A stretch of DNA of 64,000 nucleotides from Chloroflexota bacterium (GCA_965218195.1 OZ244593.1:310893-374892), one strand, 5' to 3'. Positions 7,791-18,052 are shown, counted from the first letter of the stretch. The notes: generated from the letters alone by a model not told the origin. Numbers and translations: made by a program.

Positions 7791-9719
7791 CTACTTGGGC
7801 ATAGCCCTCAGCGCGTGATACGCGGGGCGCCCGCTGCCGTCCGGCCGCAAGATCCCGAATCCGTACTTCTCGTCGGCCGGACCGACCACCTGCTGAAAGT
7901 TCAGGTTCCAGATGAACATGTGGGTCACGTAGGGGAACTCCGCCCTGACCTTCTGGAACGCTCTTACGAGGAAGTCGGCCTGGTCTTGCTCGGAGTTGTA
8001 CTGCGAGTACTCGTAGCCGGTCACGATCTGCGTGACCGGAGTCGAGCTCCAGCCGAATTCCGTGAACCAGATCGTCTTGTTGGGATCACCCTTGGAGGTC
8101 ATGATCGCCTTGAGCTCCGCGAACCGGTTGAAGAAGAAGCTGGGATGGCTGGTCCAGCCCCAAACGCTGCGATTTCGCCCCCCGAGCGTGTCGTCCGGGT
8201 GATTGGGGCCGCCGTTGGGATGGATGCCCAGAGCGTCGAAGTAATTCTTGACTTCAGGGAACTCTTCGTAGACCCGGCGCACGTAGGTGGCATCGTCAAT
8301 CGCGATGTTGGGATCGTTCACGCCGGTGGGCGTTGGCGCTCCGAAGATGACCACCACCGACGGATCGACCGACTTTACCGCCTCGTAGCCGGCCTTGAGC
8401 ATTTCGCCGTATTTGCGAATGGCGTTTGGAGCCAGGAATCCCCATTCATGGTTCAGGTTGGCCTCGTTCCACACTTCCACGGCGTGAATCCTGCCTTTGT
8501 AGCGCTGCATCAGCGCGGTCAGGAAAGGCTTGATGTCGGCCACGTTCGCGGGAGGCCCGTGAGTGGTTCCGGGAGCCCTCGCCCAGGCCGGGGCGGCAAC
8601 CACGCTCGCCATCAGCTTAATCCCGCGCCGCGAAGGCGCGTTCAGCGCATTGTCATATTTACCCCAATTGAAGACGCCTCGTTGGGTTTCGATTTCTTCC
8701 CACCGGACTTGCTGCTTGGTCCAGTTGAATCCGGCCTCCACGATCTTGCCGACCACTTCGTCGGCGCGGTCGTCGTCGACCATGTGAGCCTGCATACCGT
8801 ATCCCCGCAAGCCCTGCGGAAGGTTTAACGGCGCCGGAGCGGGTCCGCTGGAAACGGTGGGAAGAGGCGTAACGGTCGGAGCCGGCGTGGCCGTTGGGGC
8901 GACGGTTTGAACGGCCGTAGGCGTCGGCGTGGCCACTGACGTTGATACAGGAGCCGCTGTTACCGTCGTCACCGGCACTCCGGTCCTCGCCTGCTCCACC
9001 GATATCGGCGTTACGGCGGCTCCCGTTATGACGCCAAATTCCTTCATCAGGTCCCCGGTGTTTGCGAGCACCGCAACACCCTTCGGTCCACCGCCGCCAG
9101 CCTCCGTCCAAACCTGGAAAACCTGACGCTGTGCCCGGAGCACTTGCACGGGACCGTACACGGCATAGGAGATCGGAAGTCCGTAGAGATCGAGCCAATT
9201 GGACTCCGACAGGAACCTCGTCCTGATCGTCGGGTTCTGGTCCAAAAGCCTTAAGTGATTTTGCTGGATTGCTTCGAAGCCCGCCGGTGTCGTGGGGTCG
9301 TGCTGAGCGTCTCCCGGCAGCGCCGCGTGCGGCGGCGTTTGTCGAATCAACGTCAGCGCGGGGTCCTTACCCGCGAGATGCATCTCATCGAGGATATTCA
9401 GGAAATTGAAGGCCCTCCGACCAGGGTCCCATTGCAAAATCGCCTTCTGAAACGCCTGTGTAGTGAATCCCTTGAAATCGAATCGATTGGAGATCGGGTA
9501 TCCGATCTCGTCCAGGTTGAACTTCTGGAATTCGGTCCAGAAGGGGATCCCGCCGTCATCTGTGACGGCAAAGCCGTTCCCCGTCTCTTGACCGGTCTGA
9601 CGGAAAAAGCGGCCGTTCGGCAGCGACTCCTCGTCGGGCAGATCGGCGGCGGTGACCATCGAGGCCGCAACCAGAACCGCCAAAGACACCAAAAGCCCTG
9701 CTCGGATAAATCTCCCCAT
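7791..9719 (-). CDS. Secreted clan GH-A glycoside hydrolase (GH5/GH39-like) with N-terminal Chloroflexi-type domain and Pro/Thr linker
   Basis: Signal peptide; WNEAN acid/base and WFTEFGW nucleophile motifs; RFFRQTG..GYPIS..QAFQK N-terminal domain. Confidence 0.8.
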   Translation of the reverse strand: MGRFIRAGLLVSLAVLVAASMVTAADLPDEESLPNGRFFRQTGQETGNGFAVTDDGGIPFWTEFQKFNLDEIGYPISNRFDFKGFTTQAFQKAILQWDPGRRAFNFLNILDEMHLAGKDPALTLIRQTPPHAALPGDAQHDPTTPAGFEAIQQNHLRLLDQNPTIRTRFLSESNWLDLYGLPISYAVYGPVQVLRAQRQVFQVWTEAGGGGPKGVAVLANTGDLMKEFGVITGAAVTPISVEQARTGVPVTTVTAAPVSTSVATPTPTAVQTVAPTATPAPTVTPLPTVSSGPAPAPLNLPQGLRGYGMQAHMVDDDRADEVVGKIVEAGFNWTKQQVRWEEIETQRGVFNWGKYDNALNAPSRRGIKLMASVVAAPAWARAPGTTHGPPANVADIKPFLTALMQRYKGRIHAVEVWNEANLNHEWGFLAPNAIRKYGEMLKAGYEAVKSVDPSVVVIFGAPTPTGVNDPNIAIDDATYVRRVYEEFPEVKNYFDALGIHPNGGPNHPDDTLGGRNRSVWGWTSHPSFFFNRFAELKAIMTSKGDPNKTIWFTEFGWSSTPVTQIVTGYEYSQYNSEQDQADFLVRAFQKVRAEFPYVTHMFIWNLNFQQVVGPADEKYGFGILRPDGSGRPAYHALRAMPK

Positions 9720-9925
9720 CAAGACGCCCTTCCTCACGATCGAGATTCTCTGAACTAAACGCTCGGCTCAGCCTGGCGTTACCCTACCGTCGGAATCTAA
9801 GCGCCTTGGTGCGACAGGTCAAACAGGGAGTTGCGGAATCTCTCGATTCGGCGGCCGGGTTCGATCGAGGTGTCTCCGTTTTTCCGTAACCCCCGACGTG
9901 TTGAGCGTATGCATGTCAAAACCGG

Positions 9926-12175
9926 TCAAGTCCATCCGACCTTCAACTCGTCCAGCCTTATCCCGCAGAAACACTCGTACAAAGGCGGCCAGGCCGAGCG
10001 CGGCTCACCTTGACCGTCCATTTGTATCTTTACCCACACCGGCCCGTCGACACGCCTCTCGATAACGGGACGCTCGGTGCGTGCGAAATGGTTTCCATCG
10101 GTCGAATAGATCAGAGTCATCTCGTCCTCAGCGCCGCCCATCCATATCCTCATGGAATATTCCTGATTCTTGATGGTCACTGTCGGCATGACGACGAAAC
10201 GCTGAATCCGGTCGTCGGGCGGCTCGATTCGATAGGCAATCTCTGCTACTTTACCGAAAGATTTGGGCCGTAGAAATCCGTCGTCATGCATGACGATGTT
10301 GTTGCTATATGCCGCTTCCGATTCGAATCCGCTGGTCTCAAAACTGTCATTTACAGTCCACACCCAGTTCGCGCTCCGGAAACTGGATGCTTTCTCAATA
10401 GAAACAGGGCCGTTGAGTTCGCGCGACAAGAAAACATATTCATTCTCCGGGATATCCGAGCCTTCGAACGGTGTGAAGCCAAGACTGAACACCTTCGTCC
10501 CCGAAGTAAGCAAGTGTTCCAGGCTTACGCGGTCCAACGTCTTCCAGCCGCCGGCTTCGTAGGCGTCACTTTCGAAGTATTGCAAGGTCACTTTGTCTGA
10601 CGTGTCTGACGACCGGCGCGGCGGGGTCCGAACGATCAGATCAGTCGCGGGTGCGCTGTCTTTCACACGTGGATAGCCGTCAACGATAAAGCGACTATCG
10701 CCGCCCCCGCTTTTGCGCATCCATGCGATGGCCGCGGACTGCCTTTCCTCCAGTCGGCGCGCGCCCAGAAAGTCGGAAAGCACGCCTTGCCCGGTGTCAG
10801 TCAACGACGGCCAATTCGCGAAGAGTATCCCGAACCCGCAGGCCATCTGAGCAAGCTTGAGCGACGTTTGGCGCCCGCTCGGGAGCGATAGTTTGGTGTA
10901 GACATTCAACCTTCCAAAAAGGGCGCCCGCCCAGATAGCGAATATCGGGATCAGCGGGGCGTGGTATCTCGGGTCGCCATGCGCCAACATGATTTGCGCC
11001 AGATAGAGGGCCAGGAACAAGACCGAAAATGCGCCGAACTCTCTCGAACCGGCGTATGCCCTTAGCAGCCCCGCCCCGGCGACTACGAGCAGCCCCACGT
11101 AGGCGGCATTTCCTATTACGCCGAGCAGGAAAAACTCCGCGAGCATGAACCTCCCCCGATTAGAGTCAGATTGCAGCCTCCAGCCCAGCGGCGACATCGT
11201 CCATCCGATTTTGTCGGGAATGAGACGAACGAATCTCGCGGGATTGCGGAGGATGTTTTCAAGGCCGATGCGAAGATACTCTCGGTCCCGGGCGGCCTCC
11301 TCGGCGGCGCTCGTGGGCGGAATGCGATCCAGCAGCCCGACCGACCGCATGTAATCCGCACCGGGCAGATCCCCTATGCCTTCGGCGGTTGGATGATTAC
11401 CCGTGAAGACGTTGACTCCCGAGTTGGCCGACACCGGCACTACCGTCCCGCTAACGTTGTAATTACGCACTGTCCAGGGCAGAACGACGGCTAGCCCGAC
11501 CAGCGTAAACACGGCCGCCTTGATCGCCTTGTGTGACCATTTATCCTCTTTCCCCCGCGGCCAGAAGTAGACGAGCGCGGCCAATGGCAGCACGAAGACT
11601 GCTATGGGTTTTGTCAGAACGGATAGCCCCAAGGCGCCTCCCGCGGCCAATGTCCTCCATGAAAGCGCCCCGCCGCCATCGTCCGAGAGCAGGAAGTAAA
11701 CAGCCGCAAGAAGGCAAGCCGCAAAGAAGACTTCCCCGTAGAGGATCGAAGTGTAGAAGACGCTCTCCGGAAAGACGGCAAGAATAGCGGCGCCCGCCAG
11801 GGCCGCCGCATTGGAAAAGTATTTACGCCCGATCAAGTAAACGAGTAAAACACTCACGGCGCCGAACGCGGCCTGATAAATGCGCACCCAGCCGTAATCA
11901 TGCCCGTGGATGGAGTAAATCGCGGCCAGGAAAAATGGGTAGCCCGGAGGTCTGAATACCGAGGGGCCTTTGTTGTCGCCGTAGTCGCCAAAATGGCCGT
12001 AGTCGCCCTCGAACGCGAGGCTGCGCGCGTGCGAGTCGTAGTCGCCGGTATCATCCACGCCAAGGACAGGGTTCACAGGCGCCCACGCCGCCCAAGCAAG
12101 ACGGAAAACCAGGGCAATGACTAGTATTGGCAATACGTATTTGAATGAGCCTGCTCTTTGCAGAACGTGGATCAT
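9926..12175 (-). CDS. GT-C fold (ArnT/PMT-like, GT39/83) membrane glycosyltransferase with C-terminal extracellular domain; start uncertain
   Basis: Many TM helices; DDTGDYD first-loop acidic motif; FRPPGYP, LSVLTKP, PWTVRNY, DPRYHAP. Confidence 0.75.
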   Translation of the reverse strand: MIHVLQRAGSFKYVLPILVIALVFRLAWAAWAPVNPVLGVDDTGDYDSHARSLAFEGDYGHFGDYGDNKGPSVFRPPGYPFFLAAIYSIHGHDYGWVRIYQAAFGAVSVLLVYLIGRKYFSNAAALAGAAILAVFPESVFYTSILYGEVFFAACLLAAVYFLLSDDGGGALSWRTLAAGGALGLSVLTKPIAVFVLPLAALVYFWPRGKEDKWSHKAIKAAVFTLVGLAVVLPWTVRNYNVSGTVVPVSANSGVNVFTGNHPTAEGIGDLPGADYMRSVGLLDRIPPTSAAEEAARDREYLRIGLENILRNPARFVRLIPDKIGWTMSPLGWRLQSDSNRGRFMLAEFFLLGVIGNAAYVGLLVVAGAGLLRAYAGSREFGAFSVLFLALYLAQIMLAHGDPRYHAPLIPIFAIWAGALFGRLNVYTKLSLPSGRQTSLKLAQMACGFGILFANWPSLTDTGQGVLSDFLGARRLEERQSAAIAWMRKSGGGDSRFIVDGYPRVKDSAPATDLIVRTPPRRSSDTSDKVTLQYFESDAYEAGGWKTLDRVSLEHLLTSGTKVFSLGFTPFEGSDIPENEYVFLSRELNGPVSIEKASSFRSANWVWTVNDSFETSGFESEAAYSNNIVMHDDGFLRPKSFGKVAEIAYRIEPPDDRIQRFVVMPTVTIKNQEYSMRIWMGGAEDEMTLIYSTDGNHFARTERPVIERRVDGPVWVKIQMDGQGEPRSAWPPLYECFCGIRLDELKVGWT

Positions 12176-12432
12176 CCGGATCTCTCTCCTCGAAATCGAG
12201 GCTGTCATGCAGTCCTGTACTGTAGACGACTCGAATGTTGCTGGCCGCGGCGGCCGGGCCGGTATTCTTCCGTGTCGCGCCGGTCCAGCGGTGTTGAGAA
12301 ACCATCGGCTTCGGTGTGATTCCACGGGACTTCGGTCGAGTTCCAAGGCGCTCGTCCGCCGCTCAACCGAGGTTCACCGCTCAGGCGCGGCTGTCGCCTT
12401 GATGGCCGCGGGCGCGCCTGGTTTCGCGGTCC

Positions 12433-13728
12433 GTGCGCCCTAATTCGGCGGGCGGGTCGAGCGCTCCGTTTCGACTGGCGCGGCTGCCGGTAATAATCCT
12501 CCTTGCCGCATTCGTCGCCGCCATAGCCGCCTCCATCGCTCGCTTGCCGCGAGAAAGCAGATTGCACGACGAACCCGCCCTGGACAGGCCGGTCCACGTG
12601 AAGGCCGGCGAGTCCGTGGATCAGGAGATTCGGCAGGCGAGCACCGGGGAGTCGTACCTGGAAGCGGCGGTCAACTGGGAGCTCAGCATCGACTCTCATC
12701 AGCGGCCCCTCCTCCGCGTTTACGAGTGCGGCGCCAACGAAGACCCCCTGAGGGAAAGTAGCCCGAGCGTCGCTCCTAAACGGTGGCTAAGCAAGGTGAG
12801 GGTGGCGCTGCCGCCTCATTCTTCAAAGTCCGCCGTCGATACGTGTCTGATCGTCCAAATCAGCGCGCCTCTATCGGCTCGGGGTGAGATGCGCATTGCG
12901 GAAACCACAAATCCGTCCGCAATCGCTGGAGCCTACATTGCAAATGGGACTCCCAAAGCGCAGCGAGCGCTTTGGTTCAATGTGTACAAGCAGTGGTCGC
13001 TTCGTGAGACTGCTGTCCAGATCGTTTCACCGCTCGTACGTCCCGGCGGGGCCGCGGCGACCCTGGCATTTGCGCTGATCGGGATTCTCGCAGTCGCCGG
13101 CGTGATCGGTCGCCGTTACCAACGTCAGGGGGCTAAGACCGTCAGGCGCGCGTCAGTCGACATGTTCCTTCTGATACTGGCCGCCTTGTTGGGAGGCGCG
13201 CTGCTCGCGGTCTGGTCGTCGGCGCTCGACACTCCATCGGACTGGCTGAACGCCGTTCTTCAAGGGTTCGCGGCCGCGCCAGCCGCGATCGCGCTTGTCG
13301 CGCTTCGCGTCAAGGCAACCGGACCTGCGGCGCCGGCCCCGCCATCCGCCGCGACGGCGTCACGCACCCATCGTCCAGACTGGCGGGCATTGCCGCGATC
13401 CGTATGGGGGCGGATCGAGGAACCCATTCTGATGACGCTGAATCTTGGCGTCCTCGCGATTCTTCTGCTGGCGGTGTCGCAACGTTTGGATGCCATGGAA
13501 ACAGCGGCTCGAATCGGCTATCTGATCCTGGGAACATATTTCGCGCTGGAGGTCGCGGCCACGGTCGCCAGCCGTTGGCGTTCCGCTTTCTTTCAAGGCT
13601 TCCTCGCCGCGCCGGTCGCGGTCGGGTTTATCTGGCTCACGGTTCGATCAGTCGTAACGGCCAGGCAGGCTCCCCCGCCCGCTGATCGGAGACCCGTCAA
13701 CCCCTCGCGGTCAACTTCCGGGGAGTAG
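12433..13728 (+). CDS. Hypothetical multi-pass membrane protein with extracellular domain
   Basis: 431-aa ORF with an N-terminal TM, a soluble segment and several C-terminal TMs. Confidence 0.6.
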   Translation: MRPNSAGGSSAPFRLARLPVIILLAAFVAAIAASIARLPRESRLHDEPALDRPVHVKAGESVDQEIRQASTGESYLEAAVNWELSIDSHQRPLLRVYECGANEDPLRESSPSVAPKRWLSKVRVALPPHSSKSAVDTCLIVQISAPLSARGEMRIAETTNPSAIAGAYIANGTPKAQRALWFNVYKQWSLRETAVQIVSPLVRPGGAAATLAFALIGILAVAGVIGRRYQRQGAKTVRRASVDMFLLILAALLGGALLAVWSSALDTPSDWLNAVLQGFAAAPAAIALVALRVKATGPAAPAPPSAATASRTHRPDWRALPRSVWGRIEEPILMTLNLGVLAILLLAVSQRLDAMETAARIGYLILGTYFALEVAATVASRWRSAFFQGFLAAPVAVGFIWLTVRSVVTARQAPPPADRRPVNPSRSTSGE

Positions 13729-13767
13729 CCGCTCGACCGCGGATAGTGGACTATCTACCTCGGTGTT

Positions 13768-14892
13768 TCAGTCAATCGCCACAAACGCGCGTCCCGTGCC
13801 AAGCAGGTTCGGGGCGAATACGAAGACCAGTCCCTCCGCGTCCGACGGGACCTCGAATGCGACCTGTCCTCGCAGCTTCTCGCCGGGCGCCAGCTCACCG
13901 TCCGGCGTGCTTGCGCCGCCCGCGGCGGAAGCCAGGATGTTTACGTCGTAGTTCTGTCCTGTCCCGTCCTTCAACGACATCTGAATGAGTGAAGAGACCA
14001 CAACGCTTTCATCGAGCTTGTTCTCGACCGTCAAGTCAACGACGACGAACTTGTTCCCCTCCGCCGGCTTGACGAAATCGGAACCTGACGAGGACTCGAC
14101 GCTGTTCACGACCAGGATGAAGTCGCCGATGTCTACGATGTCTCCCGGCTTGAAGGTCTCCTGCACGGTTTCGCCGGCGAGCTCCGCCGGAGGATCGATC
14201 GAAATCGGGGAGTCGCCCAGTTCAATGAAGACCTTGCCCGAGCCAAGAAGGTTTGGCTCGAATACAAACACGAGTCCCGTGGCATTCTCCGGAACTTGAA
14301 ACCCAATCTTGCCGCGGAGTCTTTCGCCGGCCGCGAGCTCCCCGTCGAGCGTACCGCCTTCCAAGACCGCCTGCGCGATCAGGTCCACGGTGTACTTCCG
14401 GTCAGTGGAATCTTTCAGGGACATCTGAAGCAGAGTCGAGACTATTACTGGAGAGTCGGTCTGGTTTACGAGCAGTAGCTCGACAGCCACAAACTGATTA
14501 CCCTCGTCGGGCTTGAAGAAATCGCTCTCCTCGGGTATTTCCCAGCCGAGCGCGACCAGTACAAAGTCGCCGATGTCGATTACGTCGCCCACCGAATACG
14601 ACTCCGTCCCGGAGGCGGCTGTCGCAGCCTGGGTGGGAGCTTTGGTTGCTTCCTCCGTCGGCGCCGGCGTGGCTGTCGGAGCCTCGGTAGCTTCCTTGGT
14701 CTGCGCCGGCGCAGTCGTTGGAGCCTCGGTAGCCGGTTCCGTCGCTTCCGCCGTGGCCTCCGGCGCCGGAGTGACCTCGCCGATTTTCGTCGCTTCGGCC
14801 TGCTCGCCGCACTCCGCGCCAACCAGGACAATTGCCAGCGCAAACATCAATCCCGCAAGTGCAAGACCGTGAAAACGTCGCGTAAATACCAT
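13768..14892 (-). CDS. Secreted or lipoprotein with two DUF4352-like Ig-fold domains and an Ala/Thr/Pro stalk
   Basis: Two homologous ~125-aa domains (DGELAAGERLRGKIGFQVP / DGELAPGEKLRGQVAFEVP). Confidence 0.75.
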   Translation of the reverse strand: MVFTRRFHGLALAGLMFALAIVLVGAECGEQAEATKIGEVTPAPEATAEATEPATEAPTTAPAQTKEATEAPTATPAPTEEATKAPTQAATAASGTESYSVGDVIDIGDFVLVALGWEIPEESDFFKPDEGNQFVAVELLLVNQTDSPVIVSTLLQMSLKDSTDRKYTVDLIAQAVLEGGTLDGELAAGERLRGKIGFQVPENATGLVFVFEPNLLGSGKVFIELGDSPISIDPPAELAGETVQETFKPGDIVDIGDFILVVNSVESSSGSDFVKPAEGNKFVVVDLTVENKLDESVVVSSLIQMSLKDGTGQNYDVNILASAAGGASTPDGELAPGEKLRGQVAFEVPSDAEGLVFVFAPNLLGTGRAFVAID

Positions 14893-15099
14893 AGAAATAC
14901 CTCGAACTCGTTAAATTCGCGTGTGAGACATTATTAACCGATTACAGCGACACATGGTGAAGTGCCGTCATTGTTCGGTTGTTGTTCGAGTGTAAATGCC
15001 TCGGCGCGACTGGTCAAGCGCCGGACTGGTCCGTTCATTTTGGGTCGAGAGCGATCGGCTAAGCCGTGGCGGACGCCAGGGACCGCCTAAACGCGAAGG

Positions 15100-16266
15100 C
15101 TAGTCCAAATCGGTTGGTTCAGGTCGTGCCTGGAGCGGCGCGCTCAGAATCAACCATTCACCGTCGCGGTCCACGGTGAACTCCACGGTGTCTCCGACCG
15201 AAATTGTAAACACCTTCTCGCCCAGCTCGAATCCGTGTCGGAGCGGGTCTCCATTTACTGCGAGTATCACGTCGCCCGGCTGAATGCCCGCCGCCTTGGC
15301 GGTTGAATCCGCCACTACTTCGACGATATACGCGCCGTGGTCGGCCTTCAGGTCGCGATCGGCGACCACGTCCTCGTCAACCGGACGGAACGACACTCCG
15401 AGATATCCGTGCTGCGTGCGGCCGTCCGTCATCAGCGAATCGAGATGTTGCTTTATGTGCGCGATCGGGATTGCGAATCCGATGCCGTCAGCCCCGTCCT
15501 CACGGCCCGTGTTCATGCCCACTACTTGCCCCACTCCGTTCAGCAGCGGGCCCCCGCTGTTGCCGCTGTTGAGAGCGGCGTCTGTCTGGATCATTCCAAC
15601 CAGGTCGATTCGCATCTCACCGGATTCCGTGTCCACTCGATTCGGGAACCGCCGTCCTATTCCACTGACTATTCCTTTGCTGACGGAACCCTCGAAGCTT
15701 CGCAGCGGGCTGCCGATGGCCAGTACGGTGTCGCCGACTCGGAGCGCCGCCGAATCCCCCAGCGAGAGAACCGGAAACGGTCCGCCCTCGACTTTCAGAA
15801 TCGCGGTATCCATATAAGGATCGCGGCCGATAATCTCGGCTCGCTTGAACTCGCCGTTGCTGAGAATCACGCGCAAGTTTGCTCTGTCCGCTACGACGTG
15901 GTTATTCGTGAGCAGGAATCCGTCGGGGTTGAAAAAGAACCCCGATCCCGCCGAGACCGGACCCTGCGGCGTGCCGCCCTCGCTCGGGAAGCCTCCTTGA
16001 GTGAGACCAAAGATCGTCACCACCGCGGGCAGCGACCGCGCGATTACATCCTGAATCTGTTCGGGCTCGTCCTCCGAAAATTCGGTGGCAATCTGCCGGG
16101 GCGCGGTGGTCGGCTCCGATACGTATTCGACAACCTGGGGCGAAGGCGTAGAGCTGGCGCCGGCAAGATAACCCCCCAAGGTGCCGGCGCCGCCCGCCAG
16201 AAGGACCGCGGCGAAAAGGATTGCATAGAAGTGGCCGGGCAGCCTAAGCGCGGCGGGTTGTTGCAT
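15100..16266 (-). CDS. htrA: HtrA/DegP-family S1C serine protease with PDZ domain
   Basis: LTNNHVV, IQTDAALNSGNSGGPLL, C-terminal PDZ, N-terminal TM anchor. Confidence 0.9.
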   Translation of the reverse strand: MQQPAALRLPGHFYAILFAAVLLAGGAGTLGGYLAGASSTPSPQVVEYVSEPTTAPRQIATEFSEDEPEQIQDVIARSLPAVVTIFGLTQGGFPSEGGTPQGPVSAGSGFFFNPDGFLLTNNHVVADRANLRVILSNGEFKRAEIIGRDPYMDTAILKVEGGPFPVLSLGDSAALRVGDTVLAIGSPLRSFEGSVSKGIVSGIGRRFPNRVDTESGEMRIDLVGMIQTDAALNSGNSGGPLLNGVGQVVGMNTGREDGADGIGFAIPIAHIKQHLDSLMTDGRTQHGYLGVSFRPVDEDVVADRDLKADHGAYIVEVVADSTAKAAGIQPGDVILAVNGDPLRHGFELGEKVFTISVGDTVEFTVDRDGEWLILSAPLQARPEPTDLD

Positions 16267-16423
16267 GATGTTCTCTCTAATCAGAATGCGATTGAATCTG
16301 AGAGGGCAAGATTTGGAGTGTCAAGCTGCCTTGCCATTCCCCTTACTACTCGTAACTCCCTACCGCTCCGCCGCGTTACGTATAAGGGCGCGTCGGCGCT
16401 TGGCCGGACCGATTGAACCGGGG

Positions 16424-16732
16424 CGTAGGGTGCGGTTCACGAACCGCCCGTATAGGGTCCGGGCGCGAATGGACCGGCGTTTGCGGACGCGGGAACCCAG
16501 ACCCTGTGCCTGCACTCACCCACACCCCACCCTGGATGCCCGATCAAATCGGGCATGACGAGTCGTAGGGGCGGTTCGCGAACCGCCCTTGCAGGGTCCG
16601 GGCGCGAATGGACCGGCGTTTGCGGACGCTGTACCGGCGCGGCGTTTGTCATTCCCGTGACAACGGGAATCCACACTGGAACGTGCGTGTGCAGCTCAAG
16701 ACGATGGACGCCGGATCAAGTCCGCCGCGACG
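16424..16732. repeat. Mosaic REP cluster: two ~66-bp direct repeats plus three CGTC-type palindromes
   Basis: GTAGGG(T)GCGGTTC(A/G)CGAACCGCCC..AGGGTCCGGGCGCGAATGGACCGGCGTTTGCGGACGC at 16424-16490 and 16564-16629; palindromes at 16532-16560, 16648-16673 and 16705-16732. Confidence 0.85.
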
Positions 16733-16807
16733 GGTAGGCCGCGGCCTCGCGCTTAAGGCCGGTTTTGGGTGAACCGCCGCTCGGAGCCGCAGCCCCGAAA
16801 CCGTCCG

Positions 16808-18052
16808 TTAGGGCTTTCTGTCTGGGTCCGGCCTGAAGTCGGGCGAGATGTCCTCGCTGAAGTAGACAGTCAACCTCAGCAGAAAACTGGCTTGCGGGTC
16901 CGTTACGTAGATTTCCGGGTTGTAGTCGCGCTCGGACACAAAGGCGATGAACTGCCCGTCGGGCGACCACGCCGGAGAACTATCGGCGCTTAGAGGTCCC
17001 CGCGGCTCTATTGGAATAAGGCTCTCGTCCGAACCGTCCCGAGCTATCAAATAGAGCCGGTACCGGCCATCCCGATTGGAAGCGAACGCCAGCTTCAGCC
17101 CGTCCGGCGACCACGCCGGCGACGTGTCGACCCCTTCCGACTCGGCAAGCCGGGTTTCCGTTCCGCTTGCGACGTCGAGCACGAAAACGTCGAAGTTCCC
17201 GCCGCGGTCCGACGCAAACGCGATCGCGCCGCCATCCGGAGACCAGGCGGGCTCCACGTCGGCCCTTGAATCGCTGGTAAGGCGGACTTCCTCACCAGAC
17301 TCGAGATCTATCGCATAAATGTCGGTGTTGCCGTCGCGGGTCGAATGGAAGGCGATCCGGCGGCCGTCCGGCGACCAGCTCGGGCTCAGGTCGTCGCCCG
17401 GATCGGTGGTTATGCGCCGGGCGTTGAAACCGTTTGGACTCATCACCCAGATATCGAAATCGCCGCCCCGGTTCTTTGCGTAGGCAATCGCGTCGCCCGC
17501 GGGCGACCAGGCCGGCATCACCTCGTCGGTTCGAACGTCGGTGATCCTCTCGAATCTCGAGCCGTCGCCCGCGATCCCGAAGATGTTGAGGTCGCGTCCC
17601 TGGTCGCGCTGGAAGACTATCGTGTGCTCGGCGAGCGGCCGCGGTGTCTCGATTGCGACCGCGACCGGCACAGGCGTCGGGGTGGGCGTTGGAACTGGAG
17701 TCGGAGTCGGGGTGGCAGTCGGCGCGGGGGTCGGAGTTGGAGTCGGGGTCGGCGTAGGCGTTGGTATGGGAGTGGCGGTCGGAGTGGGAATAGGCGTAGG
17801 CAGCGGAGTCGAAGTCGGAATGATTACCGGCGGCGGCGGCGTTCTTCTTGGCGGCATGGTTACGCGCGGTCGCGCTTCCTCTACGAGCGGCGCCGGCGTC
17901 TCAATAGCCGCGGGACTTGGGTCAGGCGCTGGTTCGAATATCGATTGCGTCACCCCCGCCTCCGCTTCGGCGCAGGCCGCAAGCGCAAAAATCGCCGCCG
18001 CGGCGAGCAGCCGCCTCCCTCCCCTGGCATTTATCCGCGATCTCAAATTCAC
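16808..18052 (-). CDS. TolB-like PD40-repeat beta-propeller lipoprotein with PT-repeat stalk
   Basis: LAAC lipobox; (PT)n run; repeated P(A/S)WSPDG..IAF.S.R motifs. Confidence 0.85.
   Translation of the reverse strand: MNLRSRINARGGRRLLAAAAIFALAACAEAEAGVTQSIFEPAPDPSPAAIETPAPLVEEARPRVTMPPRRTPPPPVIIPTSTPLPTPIPTPTATPIPTPTPTPTPTPTPAPTATPTPTPVPTPTPTPVPVAVAIETPRPLAEHTIVFQRDQGRDLNIFGIAGDGSRFERITDVRTDEVMPAWSPAGDAIAYAKNRGGDFDIWVMSPNGFNARRITTDPGDDLSPSWSPDGRRIAFHSTRDGNTDIYAIDLESGEEVRLTSDSRADVEPAWSPDGGAIAFASDRGGNFDVFVLDVASGTETRLAESEGVDTSPAWSPDGLKLAFASNRDGRYRLYLIARDGSDESLIPIEPRGPLSADSSPAWSPDGQFIAFVSERDYNPEIYVTDPQASFLLRLTVYFSEDISPDFRPDPDRKP

Noticed and set aside
16424-16629. CRISPR array
   Set aside because: Only two ~66-bp units; the intervening DNA is itself a REP; no cas genes in the window.
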